Shown here in pieces: positions 1 to 12,109 of a stretch of 64,000 nt of DNA. The position numbers and the translations under genes were made by a program. Source of the DNA: Antedon mediterranea (taxonomy: Eukaryota > Animalia > Echinodermata); contig NC_092673.1 of the NCBI RefSeq assembly GCF_964355755.1, positions 3,782,001-3,846,000 of the forward strand, in the 5' to 3' direction. Position 1 is the stretch's first letter, and every line of letters starts with the position of its first letter. The notes beneath the pieces were generated by a model that worked only from the letters and a program-made list of their open reading frames with translations, searched no databases and was not told where the DNA came from.

Positions 1-81
1 TATTAAACAGATGTAAAACTAATATATTTATGAGATTATGTAAATTGTAATAATAAAAGCTGATAATGTTAAAATAATGGC

Positions 82-678
82 AACTAGAGGGTACTCCGAG
101 AGTACAAACCTCCGCCTACTGTAAAATTCCTCTACACGAAATGTCCCCGGAAAATATATATATTTTTTTAAATTTTTTTTTTTAGTTCTAAGTGTAAATA
201 GGCTAACTACACCATACAAAGTTGTGGATGAGTGTGTGGTGTAATGGTTATGTATCCAGCCTCTCACAGTTGAGATCGCTGGATAAAGTCCCACTGAGGG
301 TTTTTTTCTTTTTTTTATTATTATTTTTTTATTTATTTTTTGTTTTGTTTTTTGTGAACCTTGATCTTCAAAATTTAACCACAATTATATGATGAGTCAT
401 TGATCATTGTGGCTAAGTTTGGTGAGAATTGGATAAAAACTGTGGTCTCTAGGTAGTAATATAGTTTTTTGTTAGTTGTGACCTTGGCCTATGACCTTTT
501 CCCCTCAAATTCGAACTCGTCCGAGCTTCTGAGGCATAGATCATTGTGTCCAAATTTGGTGAGAATCGGATAAAAACTGTGGCCTCCAGGCTGTTCACCG
601 ACAGACACATACAAACCCACAAACATACAAACACATAAACATACAGGGGTGAAAATATAATCTCCTTGGCGGAGGTAA
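82..678 (-). mobile_element. Non-autonomous Helentron-type element (HINE/DINE-1-like)
   Basis: Sub-terminal inverted repeats ACCTCCGCC (108-116) / GGCGGAGGT (668-676); hairpin GTACT-ccgag-AGTAC (91-105) next to the AACTAG end; (ACAY)n microsatellite 600-645; internal duplicated TTTGGTGAGAAT.GGATAAAAACTGTGG block; AA/TT flanks. Confidence 0.7.
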
Positions 679-1334
679 CTAGTAAATTTAACAGTATAAC
701 AACTAGTTAAATCATAATACCAAATTTTAATACATAACTACCATTACCAATAGGAAATGGCATTAAAAATCTACAGTAGAAAAATGGATCACTTCCTGAA
801 TTCTATGTCATGTTTCACACTGAAAAAGTTGAACAGGAGACCACTATTCATGCTGTCTTTATTAAATGGCTAGAAATTGGCTACAGGTTAGGATTGAATA
901 GAAAGGTCTAGATAAACAACAATTATTTTCTCAAGTAATAATGTACTGTATTAGTTCTCCCATCTGAAAAATTCTAAGTTAATGCCATTTTTTGAGAGGT
1001 CATTAAAAATTTGTTTTGTAGGTCATGAATTTGAAATAGAGGATGCTGCTCCGCTGTATCACCATCAGGAAGGAACCATCACTCAAAAACTATTTAAATA
1101 GATTTTTTACAGAATAAATCATTGGAAAATATTTCTTAAACAATTAGTCCTGTCGAAAATAAAGTTAACATAACATATTTGTTTGGGTTCACTGTGGTGG
1201 TTTATTGTGGAGTAAATCATCGGACCCGCATGGATAGGCCAACTTATGGTGGGTAATTTATTACAGTATAAGTAGGCCTATCTAGGCCTAGCCTCGTTAT
1301 TAAATAAAATAAAGTATGGAAAAACTTCAATTAA

Positions 1335-1451
1335 ACCGATTTAGCCAAGCAGACTGAGGCCGAGCTGAATTTACTTGAGGCTGAGTTGATTTGAGGCTGA
1401 GTTGATTTGAGGAAGAGATGGTTGGTTTAGGGCCGACTTGACCTGCTTCCG
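1335..1451. repeat. Short internally repetitive element end (GAGGCYGAGTTGA units)
   Basis: 4-5 degenerate copies of GAGGCYGAGTTGAT ending GGCCGACTTGACCTGCTTCC; looks like a MITE end fragment, superfamily not assignable. Confidence 0.4.
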
Positions 1452-3009
1452 CCTTTCACACATCATCCATTCATTGGTTGGCTAGGCTTAGGCCTAGCTA
1501 GCAGCTAAATTAAAGGCGAGGAGGAGGATGGATGAGGAGTGTTTTTTAGGCATAAAATTCCGTGTCCTTCAATATTCAACACCTATCTAAATAATTGATA
1601 TATCAACATAAAATCTTATCACTAATAGTAAATCATGATTTACTAAATTATGAGTATATAAGATTTAAAAATGTTAATTTTGAGAGCCGACCTCCTAGCT
1701 AAATTAAACACAGGCAATTTCTGCGCCACCAGACGATCGGCGGGGAGAGAAAGGAATGAAACCCTCAATAACACACGTCATGAACTCGCCCATTTTTCTC
1801 ATCGGGCAATCTCGAGACCTAACGAATTTGTTCAAATTCAATACAAAATGAATGTACCATATTCTGGTTTTTTACTGCAAGTAGGTTTATATGTTCAACT
1901 TACCGTTTTGGTCATGAGAATAATGTTTTGGAGTCGGGATAGGGAGGTGGCCTCGGCCGAAACAGTACCTCGCAATTTCAAATACATGACCGTTTTCTTC
2001 AAGTTCCCACCGCCTATTGCGCATGGTCAATCTTCAGCAGAAAATAGATTAATATTTTTTTTACAAACGATACTCGATTATGATTGGCTGCTTACCTCAC
2101 TCCCATCCTCCACTGAATTGAGTGCAGCTAAAAATGTGTTATCCCCCTAACATGAAAATATAATAAAATAAAAATGAATATCAAACTTTGAGTAGGCTAT
2201 ATACAAGTTTTCAAACAACAAAAAATGAAAAATAATTATCAGCATATTTGAGGCTTCTATAGCCCAATTATTGCTTTAAAATAAAATGCAAGAAAATTAA
2301 AAACAGAGGTGAGTCGAGTCTTTAATGTTTGAAATTAGCATTTGAAAAATTGTATGCAAAAACACATATTTCTTTTTTACAAAAAATTAGAATGCTGATA
2401 TTGAAGTAACATCATAAATGTTGTAATGTAATATTGAATTAAAAACGTCAATACCTTCCCTACATCTCACAGAGTGACAGTGTCACTCGGTTTTGTTATT
2501 ATACTGAGTTAATAGTTATACTAAGCCTACCATTTTTTTAAAGAGCCAAAAGTTTCCTGTGTACACTTTTACTAGTTTATCCATATTTCATAAAAAACGC
2601 AACTCCAGTTAGGCCTATATAAGTACAGACTCATAAAAATTATAAATTCAAAATACTCCCTAAGCAATTAAGCAGAAACCATGTGTTAAATAAAAATAAT
2701 TTTACTACATAATAATTAATATTAAAATTAATTTAATATCTTGCTTTTATTTCAGTAGTAGCATGGAAAAAATTATTATTATTTTTTTTTTAATGTGTGG
2801 TAATAATAATAATAAATTGCACCAATTTTCACTACCATTTTAAATAGGAAAGAGTTTTCCATTTTTTATTTGGTAATGACTTTATACTGTACATGGAACT
2901 AAATAAATAAAAAAAAAAGAAATAGTTTTATAACTCCATGGTTTATCAATCATGGATCATTTATTGTTGCGGGTACGTAGTATAGTGTGTATAGTAGTAC
3001 CCGTTTTAT

Positions 3010-3130
3010 GTATGTTGACTATTGAAACGACGACGGAGATTTGCGCGCGCTATTTATCATGTTTTGATTGGTGTTTGGATTTCCCATTATTGTTGGCGTT
3101 TACCTCTTTCTTTCACCGGGAACATATATT
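3010..3130 (+). promoter_or_regulatory. Putative NSMCE4A promoter region
   Basis: Local CpG-rich patch in AT-rich DNA with an E2F-like TTTGCGCGCG and a reverse CCAAT box (GATTGG), about 1 kb upstream of the coding exon, which is itself preceded by a splice acceptor. TSS not observable. Confidence 0.3.
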
Positions 3131-3244
3131 AATTTATAACTTAAAAAGTAGTTGTTGTTGTTTGTAATTACATGTAGAAAGATCTAGAATATGTACACAT
3201 TAGATTACTGAAATATTAAACCTAAAAATAACTAGTTCTATCCT

Positions 3245-3485
3245 TCCTAGGCTAGGCCTAGGCCTAACTAGGTAGGCTAGGACCTCTAGCTAGCTAGGCC
3301 TAGGCCCTAGTACTAGTAGGCCTATTAGTATTATTTAGGCCTAGTACTAGTAGTCAGTACTAGCCTAGCTAGGCCTAGCTAGTATGCCTAGCTAGCATAT
3401 TATAGCCTAGCAGGACTTGGTAGGCCTACTAGACCGTACCTAGCTAGGCTAGCTGTCTAGCCTAGCTAGGGCGAGTCGTAGGCCT
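3245..3485. repeat. TAGGCCTA/CTAG-rich low-complexity tract
   Basis: Dense palindromic CTAG, TAGGCCTA and TAGCTA words over about 240 bp. Confidence 0.75.
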
Positions 3486-3574
3486 GCCGCCTGCCTGTTA
3501 GATAGAAGGGTGCTAATGGTAATGCACTTTTGCTCAAGCTTACCCTATTTAAAAACATTCAACCGCTGCGTCGT

Positions 3575-3898
3575 TAAAGACGATCGGGCCCAAAACATTC
3601 TTGAAAATTTTTTTTCAATAAGTATTCAATTTAAAGTCAGAAAATATGAAAATATGTATTACCGAATTAGGTTTCACTAAGCACTAGGAATGAAATGTGA
3701 CACATTATTTTATATAACACAAAAGACTATCGAGCCCAACTGGTAAGACAATCGGGCCCAAAGTGTTTCTGAAAATACTGGACGATCGGGAATAACTGGT
3801 AAGACGATCGGGCCCAACACATAATACGATCGGGACCGCAAAATATTGGCCCAATCGTCTTGGGACCAATCGTCAGTGGTCCCAATTGTCTGTTCTCC
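3575..3898. repeat. Element fragment with internal GACGATCGGGCCCA repeats
   Basis: About 6 copies of a (G)ACGATCGGG(CCCA)-type motif, ending ...CCCAATTGTCTGTTCTCC; likely a non-autonomous transposon end. Confidence 0.4.
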
Positions 3899-4099
3899 TT
3901 TTAGTTTGGTACACATGTGAAACTGCAGTAGCGCCCATAGAAGGGCCATCAGGCAGATTAACCTGACAAAAATAAATCCAGACACCATTGATTAATGTTC
4001 AAATATTTTTACTATAAAATTGGTTGGAAATAGTAAATACTTATAATAATTATATTTTTACTTATTTATTCCACATTACAGAAAGTGTATTTCAGGAAA

Positions 4100-7000
4100 A
4101 TGGCAGATGAAGTTGATTACCACCAAAAAAAGCGTGATATTCGCAGGCAATATCGTGCTTTGACCTCAGAAACTCAAAGTAAGTGGAAATTTTGCATTGT
4201 TAATTTGCCATTTTAATATCAACTTTTTTTGTTGTCATGTTCAGGAAACGGTATGTGATCTATAAAAAATTTTAATTCAAGATTTTTTTTTTTCAGAAAA
4301 TCGACATGAGCTTATCAATCCAGAAAGTACAGCAGGGTTACATGATGTACTGGATAGAGCAAATAGACTATTTGATGATGGTAATTACATTTTTTTAATT
4401 AGATTGATCTTTCAATCTTGATTAGATTCAATCTAAATTAGATAGGTAATTTAGAATGAAATTAGATTGATTTTCAATCTAAATTTCCTTTCTAATACAT
4501 TATGCTTTTTCAACCAAAGATGGTCAGTATTTTAAAAACTTTAAATGTGCCTATTGGCCAAATCAGATCGGCCAGCCCCCATCCAATACACCACCAAGTC
4601 TATTACACTAAGCATTGTTTTGTGAACTTTATTATTTTAATTATGCAAAATGCAACCATTTCTTTGCCATATGAAAAGTACAATTAACCTAAAAAACAGA
4701 ATTGAAACATTACAGAAGTACAGAATAGCTTTTTGAAACATGAGCATCTTATTTTCTAACTTCAATGTCACCTAGATCACTCTTTTCATGTTTTCAACAC
4801 ATAATCATCTAATTTTTAGAATATTTCCTATGCTAAACTAGGAAAGCCTTTATATTGCCAATTCTCCTCTGTCCAACTGCAATTTTAAGTCCTTGCTTTA
4901 ACGAAAAAGATTTTTTATCGTGAAACCACCCACCTCCATCAAGCATATTTACATTTTTATTAATTTAAAAAAAATTATTATATTAACATTTCGGATTTAA
5001 ATTACAGTAAAACTTTTTAAAGGAACAAGAGAGGCCGCTATGGATTCGGCGTTCTTGGTGATTGCGTCTTCGCTCGGCAAGCAGAGTGCACAGAAACTAC
5101 ACACAGACTTGGTCATGTTTGATCCAAGGGAATATGTGGAGAAGCTGGTTTGTGTGTTATTTATTATTAATACAGTTTAGCATCATATTACCATGGTAAC
5201 ATGATGATTGGTTTGATTCATTTTGTGTCCCAGGCAGACCCGACTCAAGATCCTGTATCTTTCTGGGATTCTGCCTTCTTCCTTTTCCCCCTCAGAATCA
5301 TTGTTATTTGTATATTATTTCTTCTTTATTCCATTATTGTTAAAATCTTAAAAAGTAGTATACAAATGTTATTTTAAATTAAAATGGTTATTATTATTAT
5401 TATTAGGTTATATGCATTATCATGCATATAACCTCTTGATTCTGTCAAAATCTTTATTTATTTATTTATTCTTTCCTTAGCACTATTTTGTCCGTGAATT
5501 ATCTTGATATCAGTTTCATCTATCTAAGTCAATTTTTCAGAGTATATTCCTTATGGCCAGGAATCGATGTGGTTATATTTTCACGATGCGTAATCAAAAA
5601 TTACGCGGTCTACGCGCGATTTTACGAAATCACGTTTGTAATCATATCTTCACAAGCATGAATCACAATTAAACAAAATTTGGTACTCATAAATTTCAGG
5701 TCATATTTCATCATATGGCAATACAATTACGTGCGTAGCGCATATAACGCTTGCGTACGCGCGCTTAAAATGTTCAAAATTGTCAAAATTTATTTTCGAT
5801 GAAATTAGAGTACGTTTCAGGCAATTTTAAGCGTTTAAAAAATTGCCATGAGTGCGCAGATTTTTGCACGCGCACTGCGCGTTATACGTTAATGCGCACT
5901 CTTTTTGTCCGATTTCGGTTGTACAACCTTTCTTTAATAATATCATCATATTTTATTCACTTTTCAACGCGTAATTGCCTTATACGAGCACGTCAAAAGT
6001 GACAGGCTACGCACGTGTAAGTTAACAAAATGGTGAAAATATGCTAAATTTTAAAATTAATATAGATCGTCAGAATGCTCGGGAACACATATTTTTTATT
6101 TAATTTTCTTGAAGTGTATGTATCTTATGTATGATTTATTATTAAACTAAGGGAACAAAAGTTGATTAAGCCATAATTAATTGCATATTAAATTAAAAAA
6201 AATTCATTTCGACAATCAAACAAATTATGACATTTTCTTAGGCCAAAATAACAAACTTAACATTAACTTTCTTCCTTCAAAAGTTCATATATTAAAGTTA
6301 AAAGTATATAGTTTGACAGTGCATCATTTTTGTACATTTTTAGAGATGTCATCATAGTAAAAAATTATAATTCATTGCGGTATGTAATAATCTATCTGCA
6401 CCAAAGTGGTTACTGCATAGTAAATACACGGAGGAATTTTTCTACAATTTTTAGTCAGTTTTGTATGGCTCGGTGGTGTGTGCTCGTGTCTATGGCACTC
6501 AAGGTACCGAGATCGAGTCTCACCTTGGGAAACGAAATAAATTTTTTTTTTTATTATCCGTATTGTTTGTTCAAATTTATTTCTTAGTGTATATATTATA
6601 CACATGATTTATAATGAAATCTAGATAAAAAATAACTTATGTCTTTATTATTATGTAACAGCAAATGTGGTTTATGACATTATACGCAGAGGGATCTTTG
6701 ATCGGATTGTGATACCGGCTATTGTATTCGCGTTAGCAAGGTCCTATCATATATTATATATTATTTAAAGAATCTGAGAAAATCAATGAATCAAAATATC
6801 TTTTAAAAATAAATTATCTTTATTTTAATTATCAATGCATATAACCTATAATTCGTCATAGTGACGAATTAAATCTAGTTATTATTTATTTCCTTTATTG
6901 CATCAAGTAAGCAGTGATGAAGTTGACATAAATATAATAGTAAATATGTAAACACATAGTATAACACAGTCCAAACAAGTAATACTAAAATATATCATAG

Positions 7001-9609
7001 TCCACAAATTAGTCTTTCAATGGCCATCATAGTACATCCAGTAACACAAACCAATAGAGGTTCACAATTTGCTTATCATAACTCAGTTACTGATCATTCA
7101 CCAATCATTGAAAACTCCGTGGAAAGTAATGAAGTTTTTTGTGCGTTGTGTCCGGACTTTGGGGAGGGTGAACGATCTAACGCGTCGGAGCTGATGGTTG
7201 TGTGTGGGAGGTTTAGGTTTGGTGCTCAACTATTTACAGTAATACTTAAAACTAATTCAAAATGTGAAGTAACAGGCTTACATTATTCTGTTTTATCATT
7301 ATTGAAACACTTTTTTATCTCTTGGTTTTATACTGATTATTATATCAAACTTTATTTTCTATTTTTTATTTAGAAAACATATTTAAGTGGACGTTCATTG
7401 GAAAATACAGAAAATAGAAACATAACCGTTGAAGCGTGGAGAAATCTGGGAAAGGAGGCAAGGTTGCACTTCAGGAAAGCCCCAGCATCTCATTCATTGT
7501 AAGCTTTGAACACTTTTTGAATAAGGCCTATCATACCACTACAAGTATTTATATCTAAATTAATTGTAAAATGATATAAATGTTATTCAAATATAGTACA
7601 GTCAACCAGTGTGGCCAGCGATGGAAATTAAATTATGCTAGGTGGCAGCACAAAATTATGTCAGATTATGCTAGGCACGTTGACGGCCAAAATAGCACAA
7701 AAACAATGTAGTAGATGGCGGTGTACTAGATGCCAGATAGGTCAAAATTATGCCAGATTTGGCCACTATGCAGTCAACTCTCTCAATACCAGAAACTCTC
7801 TAATAGCAAATAGTCCAAAATTCCTGTTTACCTTTAAAAACACAATTTCCAAATACCAGATTTTACAGAAAACCAGACATATTTGGCCAGCCCAAAGGTG
7901 TCCGGTGTTGGGAGAGTTGACTGTAGACAGTTTATTGTAATATTTTAATTCTAGGTTGGGATCTTTTGGACATGATCAACCAAAGAAAGATAGACAGATC
8001 ATTCGAAAGAAAGACAAGGAAATAGTGCCTACAGCAGTACCAAAGCAGGTGAGTAAGCTAGTATGCACTGGCAAACAAGTCTGCCAAGAAACCTTTATTG
8101 TATTCCAGATAAAACAAGGCCAACAGCCATTAAGTCGCGTGCTACAATGCATAGTGATACCGGACCGACAGACAGACAGACAGACCGACCGACCGACATA
8201 GTGAACTATACTGACCGAAGTTACTGAACATGTTTAAAAATGTTGAAATGTTTAAAAACATTTATATTTTTTTAATTTACACGTGCGTAGCCTGTCACTT
8301 TTGACGTGCTCGTATAACGTAATTTCGAGTTGAAAAGTAAGTCAAGAAAACAGAAATCGGGCAAAAAGGGTGCGCAATAACATTTAACGCGCAGTGCGCG
8401 CGCAAAAATATGCGCACTCGTGGCAATTTTGTAAACGCTTAAAATTGCCTGAAACGTACTCTTATTTCATCGAAAATAAATTTTGAAAATTACATGCGCA
8501 TGCTACGCACGTAATTGTATTGCCATATGATGATTTATGCCCTGAAATTTATGAGTACCAAATTTTATTTAATTGTGATTCATGGTTGTGAAGATATGAT
8601 TACAAACGTGATTTCGTTAAATCGTGCGTAGACCGCGTAATTTTTTATTGCGCACCGTGAAAACATAACCACATTGATTCCTGGCCATAAGGAATATACT
8701 GTGAAAAATTGACCTAGTTAGATTAAACTGATATCAAGATAAGGTCAGAAAGCGATAAAACGCATAGTGATACAGGACCGACAGACAGACCGACCAACCG
8801 ACCGACGTAGTGAACTATAGAGTCGCTTCCACGCGACTAAAAACGGCAGAAAACAAGTTTTCAAAAGTCTACACTACCTTTGTCCGAGTTTTAAACAAAT
8901 TTAGACTTTTCTTACTCATTTTTGTTTTTTAACACCTTACCATCAATGGCGTAACGGCTATGTGTTCTCACTGGCTAAACTCAGGGCCACAGAGCATGAT
9001 CAGTCTAATGCAACTACCCAGTTTTAGAGTGCTCCTTGGTAGTGCTAAACCAGGAGCCTTTGCCCTTTGCATTACGCCACTGTTTTTTTAACTTTTCAAA
9101 TATATATATGATGCAATGGGTGATAACCAAAGCAACATTGAAGAAATTAAAATATGCTTTTTAATAGAAGAAACCTACCATTAATTAATTAATATTTAAT
9201 TTAGTTAACCTCAGTGGTACAGAGCCATCAGGAGGTAACAACAGAAGAAGTTGGAAAAATAATGGCTATTTTGCAGCAATATACAAACTGTAGTGAAGGC
9301 TCTGAAGGTAATTATATACTGCTCAGAAATATAGAGATCTTTGACAACTGTTTTTGTTCAGGTTTTGATTTAAACTGTCTACACTATCAAACTAGTTTGA
9401 CAAAAAAAGTGTAACATGCCCAAATATGATAGTGATATGCACAAATATGGTAGTGATATGACATAATCATGTCCATATATGGGCATATCACATTTATTTG
9501 TCACAGAAAGTTTGATAGTGTAGACAGAGCTTAATAACAAATTTGAATTAAATAAACTAGTTTTTTTTTCAGGAAACGTAACAAACTATGCTGTACTCTA
9601 GGTGCTACT

Positions 9610-9641
<32 letters not shown>

Positions 9642-11941
9642 CATTTTTTTTTTATTCATTTCAAAAAATACAACCATAACACAAATCACTTAAATATAAA
9701 GTAATAGGTGCTACTTCTTGACAGTGTCCAATTGAGTAACTATTCCATTCCTAAATAATAATATCTCTTTGTTTCCTTTCTCTTACAGTTGACCCAGTCA
9801 GTTTCTTTGAGTTTGTTATTAACCCGCAATCATTTGGACAAACGATCGAGAACATTTTTTATGTTTCATTTTTAGTAAAGGTAATAATTACAAACATAAA
9901 ACATTTATTGTCTATACCAATCACCAAGCACTGTAGTGCTAGTAACATGTTAGCCACGAGGAGAATACCCTTTTTTTACGAGCATGTCCACAAGTGCGTC
10001 TATGGTTTTAGAATAAGAGTTTTTAACAGTGAAAATGATCTTGTTAGATGTACTACGAACTATCTGTTACGATCAATATACAATATGTTTGAAATTATTT
10101 CAGAAATAATTATGACAACACAAATTGATCTTTTATCCATTTCAGGATGGGCATGTTAAGGTTGAACTCGACGGGGATGGCCTTCCTGTAATTTTTCCAT
10201 GCGAGCCTTATAAAGAAGGCCAGAGCAGGCAGGCTGTGGGAAAAAAACAATTTATGTTCTCTTTGACTATGGAGAAATGGCGGGTAGGTTAAACAATTAA
10301 CGCTTGGTTCCCATTAGGATGCAACTGTTAAATGTTACATTTCTTTTAAGTATTACATGTAAAAAATGTAATCATATTCAAACTTAAAGATGTATTGTCA
10401 CCTGAAAAAATAATTTTTACAAATTTTTTTGTTGAATATGCCATTTTAATGTCACATAATAGTTATCCACTTTGACCAAAACTTGGATTTTAAAACAATT
10501 ATTTACCTGAAAAAAAATGTAATTTAAAGCAAACAATTCTAGTGATTAACTTTATTAAAATTACAAACATACCTATTCAAAGTCTGAGTTAAATAATCTT
10601 CATTTTTCATATTTTTGGGTGACAATACATTTTTAATAGATTAGGTCCTTTACAGACCCAAAGCAGGTACATGGCCTACCAGATAAACAACAAGGGCTGA
10701 TGTGTACATTGAACCTCCAATTTGAAGTCTTTAACAATTTGACTGCCAAACACAAAGATCTTCGTGTTTGGAAACACAACGCTTGACTGCCAAACACAAA
10801 GATCTTCGTGTTTCGTGTTTTTTTACGAAATCCGGTAGATAGGTTAATTGTTGGTATATACTATAAATATGGACACTATATTCGGTCTGGACCGTCAATA
10901 TTTTACTATTTGAAAGTAACTAATCTGGTTACGAACGACTGTCAAAATGGTACCAGTCAAAATAACATACACCGCGCATCACAGTAGGTGCGTAGAGCGA
11001 TGGCTTGGCGCATTGTGTATCGGTCGCGCGCTAGCTATGCCGCCGAAGCATTACAAAGGTTTTTGTGGATTGGCATGTTTGTTTGTTATCTGAATAAAAA
11101 ATAATGGAGTCATTTTCAATATGAAGTATTTAATTTTATCATTGTATATATACCCTAATTGTTTTGGTGTTTCACTGTAAGTGACCGAGTTTCACACAAC
11201 AAACTTGTTTAGAAATGGTATGGATATTATCATCAGTTTACTAGGCCTAGTCCTAGTCGTAAAACGGTTCCGGATCAACATTACGCCTGGTTAACTGGGC
11301 CTGGTGTCCTTACTATATGGCAGTTTCTAACTGGAAAAACCTCTGGCAGTCAAAGTGTTAATCGAGAAGACCTAGTCTGTTTAAGTAAAACCTTGAACCT
11401 CTGATAATTGTATGGCTACAGTTCGCGGCACTCTGCCTTACTCACTCGGCCACTTATAGATGCATATAATCTTGATTGTTATTATTATTTTCTTTTCAGG
11501 AAATAATTGAGGTTATGGGTTTGGAGGAGCCTCTCATACCTACACGGGGTAAGAACCATTATGCATTAATTGTTAGGTTAATTCAATATTTATTTGTTAT
11601 CATAACTGAGCATTATTTGTTTTAATTGAAATTGCATGCACGAGTGAATTTTCTAGTAATCTCTATTTTTGTTTAATTTAAAATGTTTGTTTTACCCAAT
11701 AGTGGTTTTTTAGCAAAAATGAATTAACATTTTATACTGTGCTCGGGTAACATAACAATATTTGTTTAGGCCTTATTATAACAATGCTGTTTTTAATGTA
11801 AAGATCTTTCTACACTATCAAACTTTATGTGACAAATCACTGATGATGATGTCATATCACTAACTGTTTTTATGAACCATCTACTTGTGAGAAAATGAAC
11901 TTAAATAACAATCAGTATTTTTTTATATTACAGATGAATGA
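4100..11941 (+). CDS. NSMCE4A: Non-structural maintenance of chromosomes element 4 (Nse4/EID family kleisin of the SMC5/6 complex), 303 aa, 10 coding exons
   Basis: Exons 4100-4178, 4297-4380, 5008-5147, 7374-7498, 7955-8048, 9205-9307, 9789-9880, 10146-10283, 11500-11548, 11934-11941; all GT-AG, phases consistent, 912 nt in total. Nse4 motifs: [85 protein letters not shown]. Confidence 0.95.
5402..6880 (+). mobile_element. Non-autonomous Helentron-type element (HINE), about 1.5 kb, in NSMCE4A intron 3
   Basis: 5' TAGGTTATATGCAT..ATGCATATAACCT palindrome/sub-TIR, (TTTA)n tract, 3' ATGCATATAACCTA sub-TIR followed by hairpin AATTCGTCA-tag-TGACGAATT and CTAGTT end. Confidence 0.75.
7599..7923. 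mobile_element. Tc1/mariner-type MITE interrupted at its left end by a hAT-like MITE
   Basis: TA-CAGTCAACTCTCTCAATACC ... GGTGTTGGGAGAGTTGACTG-TA. Confidence 0.65.
7607..7770. mobile_element. hAT-like MITE (164 bp)
   Basis: Imperfect TIR CAGTGTGGCCA / TGGCCACTATG; perfect 8-bp TSD CAGTCAAC at 7599-7606 and 7771-7778. Confidence 0.65.
8112..8843 (-). mobile_element. Helentron-type HINE in NSMCE4A intron 5
   Basis: Sub-TIR AGTCGCGTG / CACGCGACT; (GACA/GACC)n microsatellites; internal 8278-8742 is the reverse complement of about 5500-6020. Confidence 0.65.
9373..9531. mobile_element. PIF/Harbinger-like MITE, family A (TIR AGCTCTGTCTACACTATCAAAC)
   Basis: TIR pair and internal CATATTTGGGCA/ATATCACTAC repeats shared with about 18 copies or fragments in the window. 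Confidence 0.75.
9614..9704 (-). mobile_element. 5'-truncated poly(A) retro-insertion (L1/Tx1-like target-primed insertion)
   Basis: Perfect 15-bp TSD TAGGTGCTACTTCTT (9599-9613, 9705-9719); on the minus strand AATAAA followed by a long A tail. Confidence 0.75.
10388..10632. mobile_element. Kolobok-like MITE
   Basis: TTAA-AGATGTATTGTCACC ... GGTGACAATACATTT-TTAA; related copy at about 53202-53734. Confidence 0.6.
10640..11455 (-). mobile_element. tRNA-headed SINE (Deu/Nin-like) split by a piggyBac-like MITE
   Basis: A-box-like AGTGGCCGAGTGAGTAAGG head at 11455-11436 on the minus strand; body resumes below 10731 and resembles the SINE at 36770-37025. Confidence 0.45.
10735..11357. mobile_element. 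piggyBac-like MITE
   Basis: TTAA TSD (10731-10734, 11358-11361); TIR CAATTTGACTGCCA / TGGCAGTCAAAGTG; local 31-bp duplication near the left end. Confidence 0.7.
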
Positions 11942-12109
11942 GATGTACAAATGAACCATAAAAGAAATGTATATAGCTGCAATTTATATTATGCCAAATG
12001 CCTTGTTGCCTGTATAATCCGTCCTTTTTAAAACAACTCGAGAAATCTGAAATGCTGTCGATTTCAGAAGCATGTCAACTGCTTAATTAACTGCATATAT
12101 ATATACCTA

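Noticed and set aside
1671-2150. 159-aa ORF
   Set aside because: No recognisable motif; the sequence looks like non-coding transposon-internal or promoter DNA.
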